Virus record (IMG/VR): IMGVR_UViG_3300048123_000029
Location: 884-64,883 of that record
Reading direction: 5' to 3' (one strand)
Origin: a virus
Taxonomy: Duplodnaviria; Caudoviricetes
DNA: 64,000 bases
Shown here: one piece after another, positions 43,079 to 52,788 of the stretch
Layout: every line of letters begins with the position of its first letter
Numbering within the stretch: the first letter of the stretch is position 1
Translations under genes and position numbers: made by a program
Notes under the pieces: model-generated
What the model saw: the letters and a program-made list of their open reading frames with translations, nothing else
Told to the model about the DNA's origin: nothing
Databases searched by the model: none

Positions 43079-44047
43079 TTACCAAATGTCCTCGAAGTCT
43101 TCGCCTTCACCAGCTTTCGAATAGTCCGTCGGCCGAACCGCGAAAAAATCAGTATGAGTGACCCCGCCGGTAAGATGATAGAACCAATCAAGATTAGCCG
43201 CTGCATCTTTGTCATACGGGAAGTACGAGCCAAGGTCAACATAACCAAGTTCCACCAGTTTTTCATTTGTTCTTTTCTTTATAAAGTGTTTTAAATCATT
43301 TGACTTGATGCCTTCAATGTCGCCCATCTCAAACATCTTATCTATATACTTACTCTCAAGTTTTACCATCGTTTCAGCAGCTTTAATTATATCTTCTCGA
43401 CATAATTCTAATAATTGATTATTTTCACTGCACATATCGCGAAACAACTTACAGCCCATTTTACTGTGTAAAGATTCGTCTCGCACACTCCACTTCATTT
43501 GTTGCCCTATACCTTTTAATAAGTTTCTTAATTGAAAAGAATAGAGAACAGCAAAAGCAGAATATAAACTAACCCCCTCAGCAAAAGCGCTAAAAACAGC
43601 AAGAGACTTGCCAATACCAACAGAGCTTGTCCCGCCATAAGCAACCAGGTTATCAAACCTTTCAGCAGTTGCAGGCTCATGGAGAAAGGCTTCATAATTT
43701 TCAAGACCAAGTGTTTCATTTAAATAACTATAAGCTACAGCATGTATTGTTTCTTGTGATCCGAACATCATGGCCATTTGCTGTATTTCGTGTTTAGGAA
43801 ACCATGATACCACTTTCTGTGTCCAGTAATCTGAAACAGCACATTCGGTTTGTGCAAAACCTAATAGTATATTACCTACTAGATTCTTTTCTTCTGGTGT
43901 TAATTTTTCTTTCCAATCTTTTATATCGCCTTGCATTGGTATCTCAGTGTGTAACCAAAATGCTTGTGCTTGTTTGAGCCAGCCTTCAGTGTAATACTCA
44001 GGATACTCAAACGGCTTATATGCTATACGCGTATCAAATAACCCCAT
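43079..44047 (-). CDS. nrdB: Ribonucleotide reductase class I beta subunit
   Basis: AFWLHTE, ETIHAVAY (radical Tyr), EGVSLYSAF, RDESLH, TDFF. Confidence 0.95.
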   Translation of the reverse strand: MGLFDTRIAYKPFEYPEYYTEGWLKQAQAFWLHTEIPMQGDIKDWKEKLTPEEKNLVGNILLGFAQTECAVSDYWTQKVVSWFPKHEIQQMAMMFGSQETIHAVAYSYLNETLGLENYEAFLHEPATAERFDNLVAYGGTSSVGIGKSLAVFSAFAEGVSLYSAFAVLYSFQLRNLLKGIGQQMKWSVRDESLHSKMGCKLFRDMCSENNQLLELCREDIIKAAETMVKLESKYIDKMFEMGDIEGIKSNDLKHFIKKRTNEKLVELGYVDLGSYFPYDKDAAANLDWFYHLTGGVTHTDFFAVRPTDYSKAGEGEDFEDIW

Positions 44048-44196
44048 TACTTATATATTTCTATTGCTACATCTACAAACGGTATATAAAAAACAAATGC
44101 TGTTTGCTTCTCTTCTTCGTAAGTTCTCATTCCAAATAATATACCTGGGTAAAACCCAAGTGATACCGCCCAAGTAGGGTTGTTTTGTTTATCCAT
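44047..44196 (-). CDS. Small hypothetical protein (49 aa, not in ORF track)
   Basis: MDKQNNPTWAVSLGFYPGILFGMRTY...YIPFVDVAIEIYK; stop overlaps the nrdB start. Confidence 0.55.
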   Translation of the reverse strand: MDKQNNPTWAVSLGFYPGILFGMRTYEEEKQTAFVFYIPFVDVAIEIYK

Positions 44197-44316
44197 AAAC
44201 TTTTATATTATATTTATCCATTATTTCTACTAGTTCTTTGTATTTTACTTTGCCTCGTACGTCCCAACTCCATTTGACAAACTTATCAATTTGACGCTCA
44301 GCGTACTTTTGCCTTG

Positions 44317-44778
44317 CTATCCTTTTCGCTTCGATAGGATTAGGCGAATTGTTTCGTCGCATTCTTTTTGATTTTGTGGTTTGTATAATGTTACGTTTGG
44401 AAACTGTGTCATTACTAATCTTTTAAACAACTTCCAACGCATAGGGAATGATTCATTAGCTCTGCCTTTGGTCTCAATAATAAAGTCTTCGCCAATAAAA
44501 TCTGGTGTGTACTTAATAGGTAATATGCGTTTGCAACCTCTATTCTTGTAATCACCTTTACCATTAGCTTGTCTTTCGTAAACTTCATTTTCAAAATGAA
44601 AGCCAGCAAGTAAAACAAATGTTTCGCCTTCGTATTTAGCTTTAACCTTTGCTTTTTTCAAAGCCATATACATATAGCGCTCAAGGCCTGAAGCAAAGTT
44701 GATGCCATCATATGACACCTTCTTCGCTTGTACTGGCCCTCGCTTTTTGCTTTTTCTTTTATATGGTTGTCTCCTCAT
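44317..44778 (-). CDS. T7 endonuclease I-like Holliday junction resolvase
   Basis: FASGLE...YE...YTPDF...IIETKG PD-(D/E)xK signature. Confidence 0.8.
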   Translation of the reverse strand: MRRQPYKRKSKKRGPVQAKKVSYDGINFASGLERYMYMALKKAKVKAKYEGETFVLLAGFHFENEVYERQANGKGDYKNRGCKRILPIKYTPDFIGEDFIIETKGRANESFPMRWKLFKRLVMTQFPNVTLYKPQNQKECDETIRLILSKRKG

Positions 44779-45022
44779 GGACTTCGATATTTCTTAGCAA
44801 TGCTTCTTGCATTTCTTCCGTGCTTGATTCTTTTAGCTTTTGCATGTATAACACAGCATCCATTAATTCTTCTTGCAAATGATTAATCCAAGCAAACAAA
44901 TTTGATTTGTCATCGTTAAGGGTTACGCCGTACTTTGCAAAGCCTACATCTGATCTTGATACAAACTTATCAACAACGCGTTCAACAACTGGGTCTCTAA
45001 ACTCTATTTGTTTTTTATTCAT
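44759..45022 (-). CDS. Small all-alpha NTP-pyrophosphatase-like protein
   Basis: KYGVTL...WINHLQEELMDAVLY (EExxD). Confidence 0.5.
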   Translation of the reverse strand: MNKKQIEFRDPVVERVVDKFVSRSDVGFAKYGVTLNDDKSNLFAWINHLQEELMDAVLYMQKLKESSTEEMQEALLRNIEVHEETTI

Positions 45023-45795
45023 AATGTTGTTCCTGTTTTAACAAACGTACCATTGTGCATTACGCCGGTTCTATTAGCTATTTCTTTGTAAGCATCGTCA
45101 ATGCAGTCTTCAATATTGTAACCTCTTTGAAATGCTAAGTTAGTTAGTACAACAACCATATCACCTATCGCATCTTTTATTTCATGCTCATCGTCCACAA
45201 GAAGTGCCGCTGCTAATTCCCCAGCTTCTTCTATTAGCTTCACATATTGTGTATGAGCATTGCCATTTTCATATATACCTCTTTCAGCAGCCCACGATCG
45301 TATTAGATCAAATCTAGCGCCGTCTAATGCTGTTGTCTTTGGATTATGCTCTAGATTAAAAAAGGCCTCATAGAAAGCCTTATTGTAAATATAGCTTCGA
45401 TCATCATTAAACATCGAGGTTTTAGCGTTCTGCATTATCCAAGGTATATGTTCTTTTTTTAATTTAAACTTATATTCTGGTGTCTCCCATTCTAATCCTA
45501 TGTTATCCATAAGATTGCCTTTAAGTTTATTTAAAGGAATAGGAAATGTACTTGTTTGTTCTGTTGGGTTTATTCTCATATTTGATTTAAATAAATTTTT
45601 ATATAGTGTTCTGTCTTTTCTGTAGCCATAAGACTGTTGAAGTTCTATCTCTTTGTTAGATATTAAATTAATATCATCACTCGTAAATAAAACTTCGTAT
45701 TCGCCTGGTGCATATCCTTGCTGCTCCGTAACCCTCTTATTAAGATTACGCGTAACTCCGATCTTTTTACCAGGAATATGATAAATATTATACAT
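45019..45795 (-). CDS. MazG-like pyrophosphohydrolase with N-terminal GIY-YIG-like domain
   Basis: C-terminal WAAERG...KLIEEAGEL...DAIGD...AYKEI..R.G...NGTFVK; N-terminal YNIY...KIGVT.NL.KR. Confidence 0.75.
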   Translation of the reverse strand: MYNIYHIPGKKIGVTRNLNKRVTEQQGYAPGEYEVLFTSDDINLISNKEIELQQSYGYRKDRTLYKNLFKSNMRINPTEQTSTFPIPLNKLKGNLMDNIGLEWETPEYKFKLKKEHIPWIMQNAKTSMFNDDRSYIYNKAFYEAFFNLEHNPKTTALDGARFDLIRSWAAERGIYENGNAHTQYVKLIEEAGELAAALLVDDEHEIKDAIGDMVVVLTNLAFQRGYNIEDCIDDAYKEIANRTGVMHNGTFVKTGTTL

Positions 45796-45799
45796 AGTT

Positions 45800-46609
45800 T
45801 TAAACAGCTACTGGCGCAGTAATTACTTTGCCTGGCTGATAGTTATTTAAGGTTAGTAATCCATTGTGAAAAGCATATGTAGGAGCGCCATTAAAATCTT
45901 CATCTAAGTACTGCTCAACTGCTTCCTGTTGATTCTTATATATGTGAGCGTCAATAAATTTAACGTTTACACGCTTTGCATTATAACCCGTTTTCTCGGC
46001 TATGTATAGCAAAATTTGAGAGTACAAAGCCATATCGTACGGCACACCAAGAAATATATCTGCACTTCTTTGCAGAGCAAACATATGCAAGTTGTTCTTT
46101 TCAACAAAAAACTGAAAGTACAAATAGCAAGGGGGCAAAGCCATTTCTTCAAGCTGTGCTGGATTCCATAAGCTTACTACATGACGTCTACTGTCAGGCT
46201 TCTCGTTTATATTCTTTATTACAGCCTCTAATTGATCATATCCTTGGCTGTTAAAGTTTCTAAGCTGATGACCATAAACAGGACCTAAGTCTCCATTCTC
46301 ATCTGCCCATTCATTCCATATTTTATTACCAGCTTCCTGTAGCGTTTTAATATTTGTTTCGCCGTTGATAAACCATTTAAACTCTGATTTAAATATATGC
46401 GGAAACATTTTGCGCCCGCTTAATATAGGAAAATGCTTAGATATATCAATATCAATATCTAAAGAAAATGTAGATGCGCAACCAACTCCAGTTCTTTCGT
46501 TGTCACGTATTACATGATTTTCCATTACGTCTAGTAATAAATCCCTGTATTGTAATTCATAATCCGCTTCCGCGTATTTGGGATCGTTATTTATTATTGT
46601 ATTTCTCAT
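45800..46609 (-). CDS. thyA: Thymidylate synthase
   Basis: NERTG, IWNEWAD, GDLGPVYG, PDSRR, MALPPC, QRSAD.FLGVPY, DAHIY.N. Confidence 0.95.
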   Translation of the reverse strand: MRNTIINNDPKYAEADYELQYRDLLLDVMENHVIRDNERTGVGCASTFSLDIDIDISKHFPILSGRKMFPHIFKSEFKWFINGETNIKTLQEAGNKIWNEWADENGDLGPVYGHQLRNFNSQGYDQLEAVIKNINEKPDSRRHVVSLWNPAQLEEMALPPCYLYFQFFVEKNNLHMFALQRSADIFLGVPYDMALYSQILLYIAEKTGYNAKRVNVKFIDAHIYKNQQEAVEQYLDEDFNGAPTYAFHNGLLTLNNYQPGKVITAPVAV

Positions 46610-46865
46610 AATAGTATTTACACATTTTATAGTATTCTGGCCAAATTGTTTTTCTACAATACTTGCTGGGTGACAAGTGTGGCTTTTCCCATTTTTTGTA
46701 AGGGCCTAAGCTAATTGCTATATGCCAATGCTCTGTATCGCCTTGTATGCCGTAAGGTGATATTCTTATATTGTTTTTAACACAAAAGCTATACCACTTA
46801 AACTCCTCTTCATTATACGTATAACTTGGCATTGGTTTCACCCGTTTGCCATATAAACTTGGCAT
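46587..46865 (-). CDS. Hypothetical protein
   Basis: 92-aa aromatic-rich ORF coupled to its neighbours. Confidence 0.55.
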   Translation of the reverse strand: MPSLYGKRVKPMPSYTYNEEEFKWYSFCVKNNIRISPYGIQGDTEHWHIAISLGPYKKWEKPHLSPSKYCRKTIWPEYYKMCKYYYEKYNNK

Positions 46866-48586
46866 TATTCCCAGGGCATTTTCTCGCCAGCAAGATTAAC
46901 TTGCTCGTGAGGAATAAAACAACCAGACTTTGGTTCCCATTTAAAATGAGCTTCAGCTCCATTCTCGCCTAAGTTTTGAAACTTAACTTTAAGTACTTTA
47001 GCCTTAACAGTTTTAGCTTCATAATCTCTGTGAACTAATAACCCATGATAACTAGCATCGTACCATTCACCACCACCTTTAATATTATACATTGACGGCT
47101 CTTCAATTTTACCATTGCCATCTTTGTACATCTTAGTTGGGTGTGCTACAATAAAAACTAGCACATCATACTTCTTAGCAAAGATTTCAATCTTAGTTAA
47201 GTATTCCATAGTATAACGATTAACGTCTTCTGTTTTACAATCAACGTCTCTAACCTTATTATATGGATCTATAACTAAACATTTAATACCTTTACGTTTA
47301 ACAAGCTCAGCTCCTTTCTTTAATACAGATTCTAACGTGTAGCGTTCCATATCTATATGAAAGTAATTAGTGTTACAATGATCCGCTACTTGATTCCATC
47401 GATCAGTACCAATATCATCTCTACTCGGCATGCCTTGCCAAGTTTTACGCATTAGCTTATGAGCGTGTAAATATGTTGGAACATTTTCTGGCGAAGCGAA
47501 TGCCGTTTTCCAACCGTAATTAGCGTTATACCCAACAACCATTTGGTCGACAAAGTCACTCTTCCCGGAACTAGGGATACCAGTGACAGTAATAAATTGA
47601 CCAGTGTAAGTTGAGAATATGTCGTCAAAATTTTGTAAGCCAATTTGGAATCCTGGTTTAAAGCCATTACGAACAAAGTCGGTAACTTCGTCTTCAATAT
47701 CCCTGAACGTTGTAACATTCTCCAGCGGTACTGGCTTGCTTCGCGAAATACGCTCTGCCAATTTTTCTTTTCCATGCTTTATTAAATATTCGTTAGCGTC
47801 TTTGCAATCATCAAATGTCGCTATATAACATACCTCAGAGCCTAATCTACGTATTAACTCTGTTTGCAAGGCTTGACCAGCTTCGTCTGAATCTACGGCC
47901 AATATAACCTTCTCTTTGTCTTCGAAATAATCTATACAATTGTCTAAGTAATCTAAGTTGTTAGTATTAAGTGTTGCACCATTAGGAACAGATATTGCAT
48001 TTGTTATACCAGCTTCATGCAACGCCAAGACGTCCATTTCACCTTCAACAATAATACAATATTCCCACCCTACAATGCTATCTATATTGTAGAATACTTT
48101 TTCAGCACCCTTATATAATTTAAAGTTCTTTCTTCCATCACGGTATTTAACATTAGTTAATTCGCCGCCCATAAAATAATTGAACTTTATTACATTCTCG
48201 GATTTACCGGTCTGAGGCATATATTCAGGACCCTCCTCAATCTTTAGATCGAAGAGAGTTTCCTGAGATATACCACGAGTTTTAAACCATTCAATTACTT
48301 TATCACTTACAAATTCAGGCTTATCTGGATCTGTTTTAACTTCAGGCTTTACATATATTTTTTCAGCTTTGCCTTTACGTTGATAAGTATGCAGTTGAAA
48401 TGATTTATTACAATTATGACAAGTACCGAGACCCCGTTCCCAATCGTAAGAAGCGCATTTTGCTTTTTGATTCTTGGGTTTTCTATCGTGGGAACACACA
48501 GGGCATATACCCTGTGCTTTACCCTCTTCAAGCTTATGTATATTGAACTCGTCAATAACAAATCCATTGATCTCTGTTGTCTGCAT
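46865..48586 (-). CDS. Primase-helicase (T7 gp4/Twinkle-like)
   Basis: Zn finger CPVC...CHNC; TOPRIM VEGEMD and DSD; Walker A GIPSSGKS; LVIDP; VAHP. Confidence 0.92.
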   Translation of the reverse strand: MQTTEINGFVIDEFNIHKLEEGKAQGICPVCSHDRKPKNQKAKCASYDWERGLGTCHNCNKSFQLHTYQRKGKAEKIYVKPEVKTDPDKPEFVSDKVIEWFKTRGISQETLFDLKIEEGPEYMPQTGKSENVIKFNYFMGGELTNVKYRDGRKNFKLYKGAEKVFYNIDSIVGWEYCIIVEGEMDVLALHEAGITNAISVPNGATLNTNNLDYLDNCIDYFEDKEKVILAVDSDEAGQALQTELIRRLGSEVCYIATFDDCKDANEYLIKHGKEKLAERISRSKPVPLENVTTFRDIEDEVTDFVRNGFKPGFQIGLQNFDDIFSTYTGQFITVTGIPSSGKSDFVDQMVVGYNANYGWKTAFASPENVPTYLHAHKLMRKTWQGMPSRDDIGTDRWNQVADHCNTNYFHIDMERYTLESVLKKGAELVKRKGIKCLVIDPYNKVRDVDCKTEDVNRYTMEYLTKIEIFAKKYDVLVFIVAHPTKMYKDGNGKIEEPSMYNIKGGGEWYDASYHGLLVHRDYEAKTVKAKVLKVKFQNLGENGAEAHFKWEPKSGCFIPHEQVNLAGEKMPWE

Positions 48587-48660
48587 TTAATTTAATTAAT
48601 CTTCTATTAGTGTTACATTACCATCGCTGTCTGTAGTTATGCTAATGTAATCGTTTTCAT

Positions 48661-48753
48661 CTACCATTCTTCTAAGCATTTAGGACATATGTCGCAGTAG
48701 TCGTGATCCTCTTCGGACATTTCTTCCTTGCATATTTCACATGTGTATAGCAC
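48661..48753 (-). CDS. Tiny Zn-ribbon protein (30 aa, not in ORF track)
   Basis: GTG start; LYTCEICKEEMSEEDHDYCDICPKCLEEW. Confidence 0.45.
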   Translation of the reverse strand: MLYTCEICKEEMSEEDHDYCDICPKCLEEW

Positions 48754-49067
48754 TAGAAAGGCAGATCAACTTCAGGCGCAGCTTGCCCCACTGGAGCAGC
48801 TTGCATTGGTTGGTCTTGTCTTGGTGCAGCAGCAACATTGTCGCCGTTAGTCCAAACAACTTGAACATTACCTAAGTAAACTTTCTTTTGTTTAGCTTCA
48901 CGCTCTTCTTTTGATTGCGCTACAACCACCGGACCTTGATTCCCAAACTGATCTGTTTCGTCATTTATAGTAATTGTAATAGGTAAATACTTACCTTTCT
49001 TACCAGTAATGATTTTATCTGCTGGGATTTCCGATAAATTGATACTCGTTTTAATTATACTTGCCAT
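48753..49067 (-). CDS. Putative single-stranded DNA-binding protein
   Basis: GKKGKYL...DQFGN...VYLGN, flexible tail ending DLPF. Confidence 0.65.
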   Translation of the reverse strand: MASIIKTSINLSEIPADKIITGKKGKYLPITITINDETDQFGNQGPVVVAQSKEEREAKQKKVYLGNVQVVWTNGDNVAAAPRQDQPMQAAPVGQAAPEVDLPF

Positions 49068-49246
49068 TATGTATATTGATTTAACTGATTAAACATCCTT
49101 TGCAACTGATCTTTAGTTGCGCCGCTATTCCGCCTTAAGTTGTCTACGGCTTTTACATGGTTTTGGTTGGTATAGAAATTATCTACACTTGTTTCCATTC
49201 CTGTTACTGTACATACTTTTGTTTGGTTTTTTCTGGTTCTTGCCAT
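49067..49246 (-). CDS. Small hypothetical protein (59 aa, not in ORF track)
   Basis: MARTRKNQTKVCTVTG...; fills the gap and is coupled to the SSB gene. Confidence 0.55.
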   Translation of the reverse strand: MARTRKNQTKVCTVTGMETSVDNFYTNQNHVKAVDNLRRNSGATKDQLQRMFNQLNQYT

Positions 49247-49248
49247 TT

Positions 49249-49980
49249 TTAAAGGGTTTTGTTAATAAAATAATTGTTTGGATCGAAATCCGGATTTTGG
49301 TAAAACAATTTATATTGTTCCGCCGCTTGTTGAACTTTGTCTGCACCACGTTGATAAAATTCAGGTGAGCAATCAAATATTCCTATTTGATGTGTTGTTT
49401 TGTCTATAACTATAAACAACATTTCATAACCAAATAGTTTACTATAAATGTAAGCTTGCGAGTCGTAGTTGTATCGCCATGCTGAGCTACGAAATTTTGT
49501 TATATCACCTGTGGTTTTCAAATCAATTATTAAACCTTCTTCATGATTAACAATATCCGCTTTGCCTTTCCATTGCAAACCTTCTAACTCTGTAATCGCA
49601 GGCTGTTCGTAATCTACTTTAGTACCTCGTATTAAACCACGACAAATATCGTTCTCTAACATTTTGTCTGTCATTAGTTCAATTTGATCTACTTCTTTTT
49701 GTAGAAGACACAGCTCACCGCCTGAGATCTCTTTATACGCTTTAGTATTCCGCGTAGAACTTTCAACTATCTTATACTTCTTAAGCTTATCGGGCTCAAG
49801 TATTGCAGTGTGAAAGTAACCGCCAACTAAAAATGCAGCTGACGGTTTTAGTGGTGTACCAAGCGCTAAAGGATTTGTAAGCAAAGTTCCAATATCACTA
49901 TTAGACAAGTATTGTTTACCAAACTTGCCGTAGTAGTTTTCATCGTCCCTCAGCTTTTCAATAGCTGCTTTGTTTTTCAT
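49249..49980 (-). CDS. RecE/exonuclease VIII-like PD-(D/E)xK nuclease
   Basis: LSNSDI, G..FHTAILEP, KGKAD, IIDLKTT, Y..QAYIY. Confidence 0.82.
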   Translation of the reverse strand: MKNKAAIEKLRDDENYYGKFGKQYLSNSDIGTLLTNPLALGTPLKPSAAFLVGGYFHTAILEPDKLKKYKIVESSTRNTKAYKEISGGELCLLQKEVDQIELMTDKMLENDICRGLIRGTKVDYEQPAITELEGLQWKGKADIVNHEEGLIIDLKTTGDITKFRSSAWRYNYDSQAYIYSKLFGYEMLFIVIDKTTHQIGIFDCSPEFYQRGADKVQQAAEQYKLFYQNPDFDPNNYFINKTL

Positions 49981-50516
49981 TATAGTGTTGTTAACGCTTT
50001 TTCAACTTCAGCGCTTAATTTGTACTTCTTTTTAATTGCATCAAGCTTTCCGCCTTTTTGCACATAATCCTTTGCTTTAGCAAATGCTGGATCTTTTGTT
50101 GAGGTTAATGTTGCACTCGCACCTTTGCCATGGTTATTAGTAGCATCGCTATCTTGAGTGTCATCTATTAGGAATAAATTACCTAACGCATACTTCTTTC
50201 CATAACTCGACGCACTACCAAACTGCTGAGGTGTTTGCATACCTTTTTGATTAACGTCGACACCGACTAAAGCTGTAGCGTGTATAGCATTTTCGCCATC
50301 AGATACAGTTGCCGTTGTTTGCATTATAGGCATATTGTGGTTATCGATTAGTTCTTCATTAATCGTTACTGATACTCCTAACTCCAATAGAAAGGGTTTT
50401 GTTGCTTCGAGAATGTCTTCGGCTGATCTGAAGTAGTATTTGCCGAAAGAATTAAACCTAGATTTTTTAGATTTAAATTTTGTCTGGATCGTTGCCAGTT
50501 TTTCATTTATGGTCAT
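49980..50516 (-). CDS. ERF-family single-strand annealing protein
   Basis: N.FGKY.FRSAEDILEA.KP; QQFGSASSYGKKYAL..LF.IDD..D.D. Confidence 0.85.
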   Translation of the reverse strand: MTINEKLATIQTKFKSKKSRFNSFGKYYFRSAEDILEATKPFLLELGVSVTINEELIDNHNMPIMQTTATVSDGENAIHATALVGVDVNQKGMQTPQQFGSASSYGKKYALGNLFLIDDTQDSDATNNHGKGASATLTSTKDPAFAKAKDYVQKGGKLDAIKKKYKLSAEVEKALTTL

Positions 50517-50540
50517 ATGGTTTTCTTATTTGGTATATTA

Positions 50541-50550
50541 ATATAATTAC
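50541..50550 (-). promoter_or_regulatory. Putative middle promoter GTAATTATAT heading the recombination/replication block
   Basis: Identical to the 4938 element; 24 nt upstream of the ERF start. Confidence 0.5.
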
Positions 50551-50579
50551 ACATTTTTAATTGCATTTAAGTTCATAAC

Positions 50580-51332
50580 TTACAGATAATCAATCACTTG
50601 GTTTGCGTCAGTGTTAGCGATAAGTTTATTTATAGCTTCTCTTTTTATCTGTGAAACACGTACATTTGCAGTGTTTACATTTATATTTAATTTGCCTGCT
50701 ATATAATTAGCAGAGTGCTTGTCACAATCCAAACCGTATGATAATCTCAATACTTCATATTCAATACCTGTTAAGTGTTGTTTCATTAAACTTAACAAAT
50801 AAGCATTGAGTAAATTTATATTGTATGGTTCAGAATTATCTGGTATTTGAAACAATGGATTTTCCTCTTCTGTATTATAATTTACATCTATACTAGAAAA
50901 TATAGAATTAAAAAACATTGTAACAATTTTTTCATCTTTAGGATTCTTACGTATTTCAGTTAGCTTATGTTCTGGTATGCGTATGTCACCCCGGTTAATA
51001 TCAATCGCACGTCTTATAGCTCCTTTAATTCTTTTACTAAAGAAACTTTTTAAAGTTTTTTCAATATCTTCAGAGTCAATAAGCTTATCCCATTCTAACT
51101 TATCTACCGCAAGAGTTAAACCTTTGCTACCTTCTTGTATTAAATCGTTAATACTTAGTACTCCGGATGCTTGTTCTGATGTAGCGAACTTGCGCGCTAG
51201 ATTCTCAACAAGCGGTAAAAATTTTACAATTAACTCATCTCTTGTGTAGTAATCATAAAACTTATCTTCAGGCATAGACCGTTTAAGATCTTCCTTATAC
51301 CTTATATAGTTTTGTACATTGTACTTTTTCAT
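50580..51332 (-). CDS. Sigma-70-family RNA polymerase sigma factor
   Basis: Region 2 LPLVENLARKF...DLIQEG..GL..AVDK; region 3 IRIPEH; region 4 VLRLSYGL...IA..L...RVSQIKREAINKL. Confidence 0.9.
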   Translation of the reverse strand: MKKYNVQNYIRYKEDLKRSMPEDKFYDYYTRDELIVKFLPLVENLARKFATSEQASGVLSINDLIQEGSKGLTLAVDKLEWDKLIDSEDIEKTLKSFFSKRIKGAIRRAIDINRGDIRIPEHKLTEIRKNPKDEKIVTMFFNSIFSSIDVNYNTEEENPLFQIPDNSEPYNINLLNAYLLSLMKQHLTGIEYEVLRLSYGLDCDKHSANYIAGKLNINVNTANVRVSQIKREAINKLIANTDANQVIDYL

Positions 51333-51949
51333 AGTTGTTGATTAAGTAATTCTTTTTCTTTTTTAAGTTCGTTACTCATATTACGATATATAGTTCTTGT
51401 TGAACATTTAAGTGCGTCAGCAAGCCTTGCAACCGTTATTTTAATTTGGCTATCATTTATAAGTAGCATCGCATCGTATATTTCGCTTTCAGATATTTTA
51501 GATCTACCGACTAGCTTACCTACTATAGATAGCTTTTGTCGCATATCTAAACCCGTGAAGTCTTTGAATATAACTTTACGTAATTTATTAGGTGGAGGTG
51601 TATCTAATTCCATCAAAGAAACATCATATATCATGCTTTCCCTAAGTTGATCTGAAACATTAAATGTTACAAACCCTGTACGCTTATTACATATGTATTT
51701 AACAAGCCCTGCAAAAGCTTCTTGATCCAGTTGAGGATTAAGATACCATAACACATACAAATGCCATTTGAGGCTCTTATATGTGTTTATTTTAGCCCGT
51801 GAGTTAAAGAGTGTATAGCATTGATGTGTACCACTTTCGTAATACCAGCCCCACTCGAACGTTTCTGTAGGTTCGTCTGACCACGGAAAACATCTATATA
51901 TAATACGATGCTGGTTTAGGTATTTGGTATTTCGGTCGTAGTATGACAT
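51329..51949 (-). CDS. DNA-binding protein with C-terminal HTH (possible replication initiator or regulator)
   Basis: C-terminal KITVARLADALKCSTRTIYRNM. Confidence 0.65.
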   Translation of the reverse strand: MSYYDRNTKYLNQHRIIYRCFPWSDEPTETFEWGWYYESGTHQCYTLFNSRAKINTYKSLKWHLYVLWYLNPQLDQEAFAGLVKYICNKRTGFVTFNVSDQLRESMIYDVSLMELDTPPPNKLRKVIFKDFTGLDMRQKLSIVGKLVGRSKISESEIYDAMLLINDSQIKITVARLADALKCSTRTIYRNMSNELKKEKELLNQQL

Positions 51950-51988
51950 TAGGTTCTTACTATTAATTATATATTAGCTATCGTCGCG
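51942..51988. repeat. 47-bp dyad element, copy 1
   Basis: TATGACATTAG-N25-CTATCGTCGCG; overlaps the start codon of the HTH gene. Confidence 0.7.
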
Positions 51989-52210
51989 CTAGTAGATTAA
52001 AATCTTTAATCTTCTGTTGTACTTCTTTAAAAGCTTTGCTTTATTTTCTATGTTGCCGCCAAAAATAGTTATGTTTTTATTAAAACTATATTCGCTTTGA
52101 AAAGCTGCTTTTACTATCTCGTTATGCAAGATCGATATTCTATTTTCTAGAAACCTTACGTGTTCCGCTTTTCTTCGTTGCCTTTTTAATTTTTGTATTA
52201 ATGTTCGCAT
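51989..52210 (-). CDS. Hypothetical basic protein
   Basis: 73-aa ORF. Confidence 0.5.
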   Translation of the reverse strand: MRTLIQKLKRQRRKAEHVRFLENRISILHNEIVKAAFQSEYSFNKNITIFGGNIENKAKLLKKYNRRLKILIY

Positions 52211-52689
52211 AATTCGTTGATATAATGTGGTCGTATAATTTTTTGCTCATTCTTATTTTTTACTTTATGTTTATCTTGTTCATAATAATTCCAGTACGCA
52301 GCTAAGCTACTAGGCTCTTTGTATTCGTCAGGCATACATTGAGGCGGTTGGATAAATCCATTATCGGGCATACCTGAAGGCGGGTACATTAAAGCTTCAC
52401 GACACTTAGCAATACTAAGGTGATGCTTATTGTATCTAGCTGTATACTCTTTACCTAATGCAAGCATGTGATCGTACAACCAATTGTAGTGGTGTATACT
52501 ATCACGTACCCATATAGTACTTGGATGATTAAGGTGTGCTTTTTTGTATGGCACATTGTCACCGTTGTTATATACATGATGTGCAGTACATAACATTTGC
52601 GCCGACTCCAGAATCATTTTAACCTTATGCTTGTCGTAAAAGAAACTAGCCGCTTTAGCTGGGTCTGGGTGTAAATAAAATATATTCAT
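52198..52689 (-). CDS. Pyrimidine-dimer DNA glycosylase (DenV)-like protein
   Basis: MNIFYL...DKH.VKMILESAQMLCTAH...HLNHPS..W...EY..RY.K.H...PQCMPD.YK. Confidence 0.7.
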   Translation of the reverse strand: MNIFYLHPDPAKAASFFYDKHKVKMILESAQMLCTAHHVYNNGDNVPYKKAHLNHPSTIWVRDSIHHYNWLYDHMLALGKEYTARYNKHHLSIAKCREALMYPPSGMPDNGFIQPPQCMPDEYKEPSSLAAYWNYYEQDKHKVKNKNEQKIIRPHYINELCEH

Positions 52690-52788
52690 TAAAACCTTTT
52701 GTTGTTAACTCTATTATAATGTTTGTCTAATAATAGGTGAGCGACTTCTTCGCTTATCATATTTTCGTTGTATAGTTCCCATATTAAT

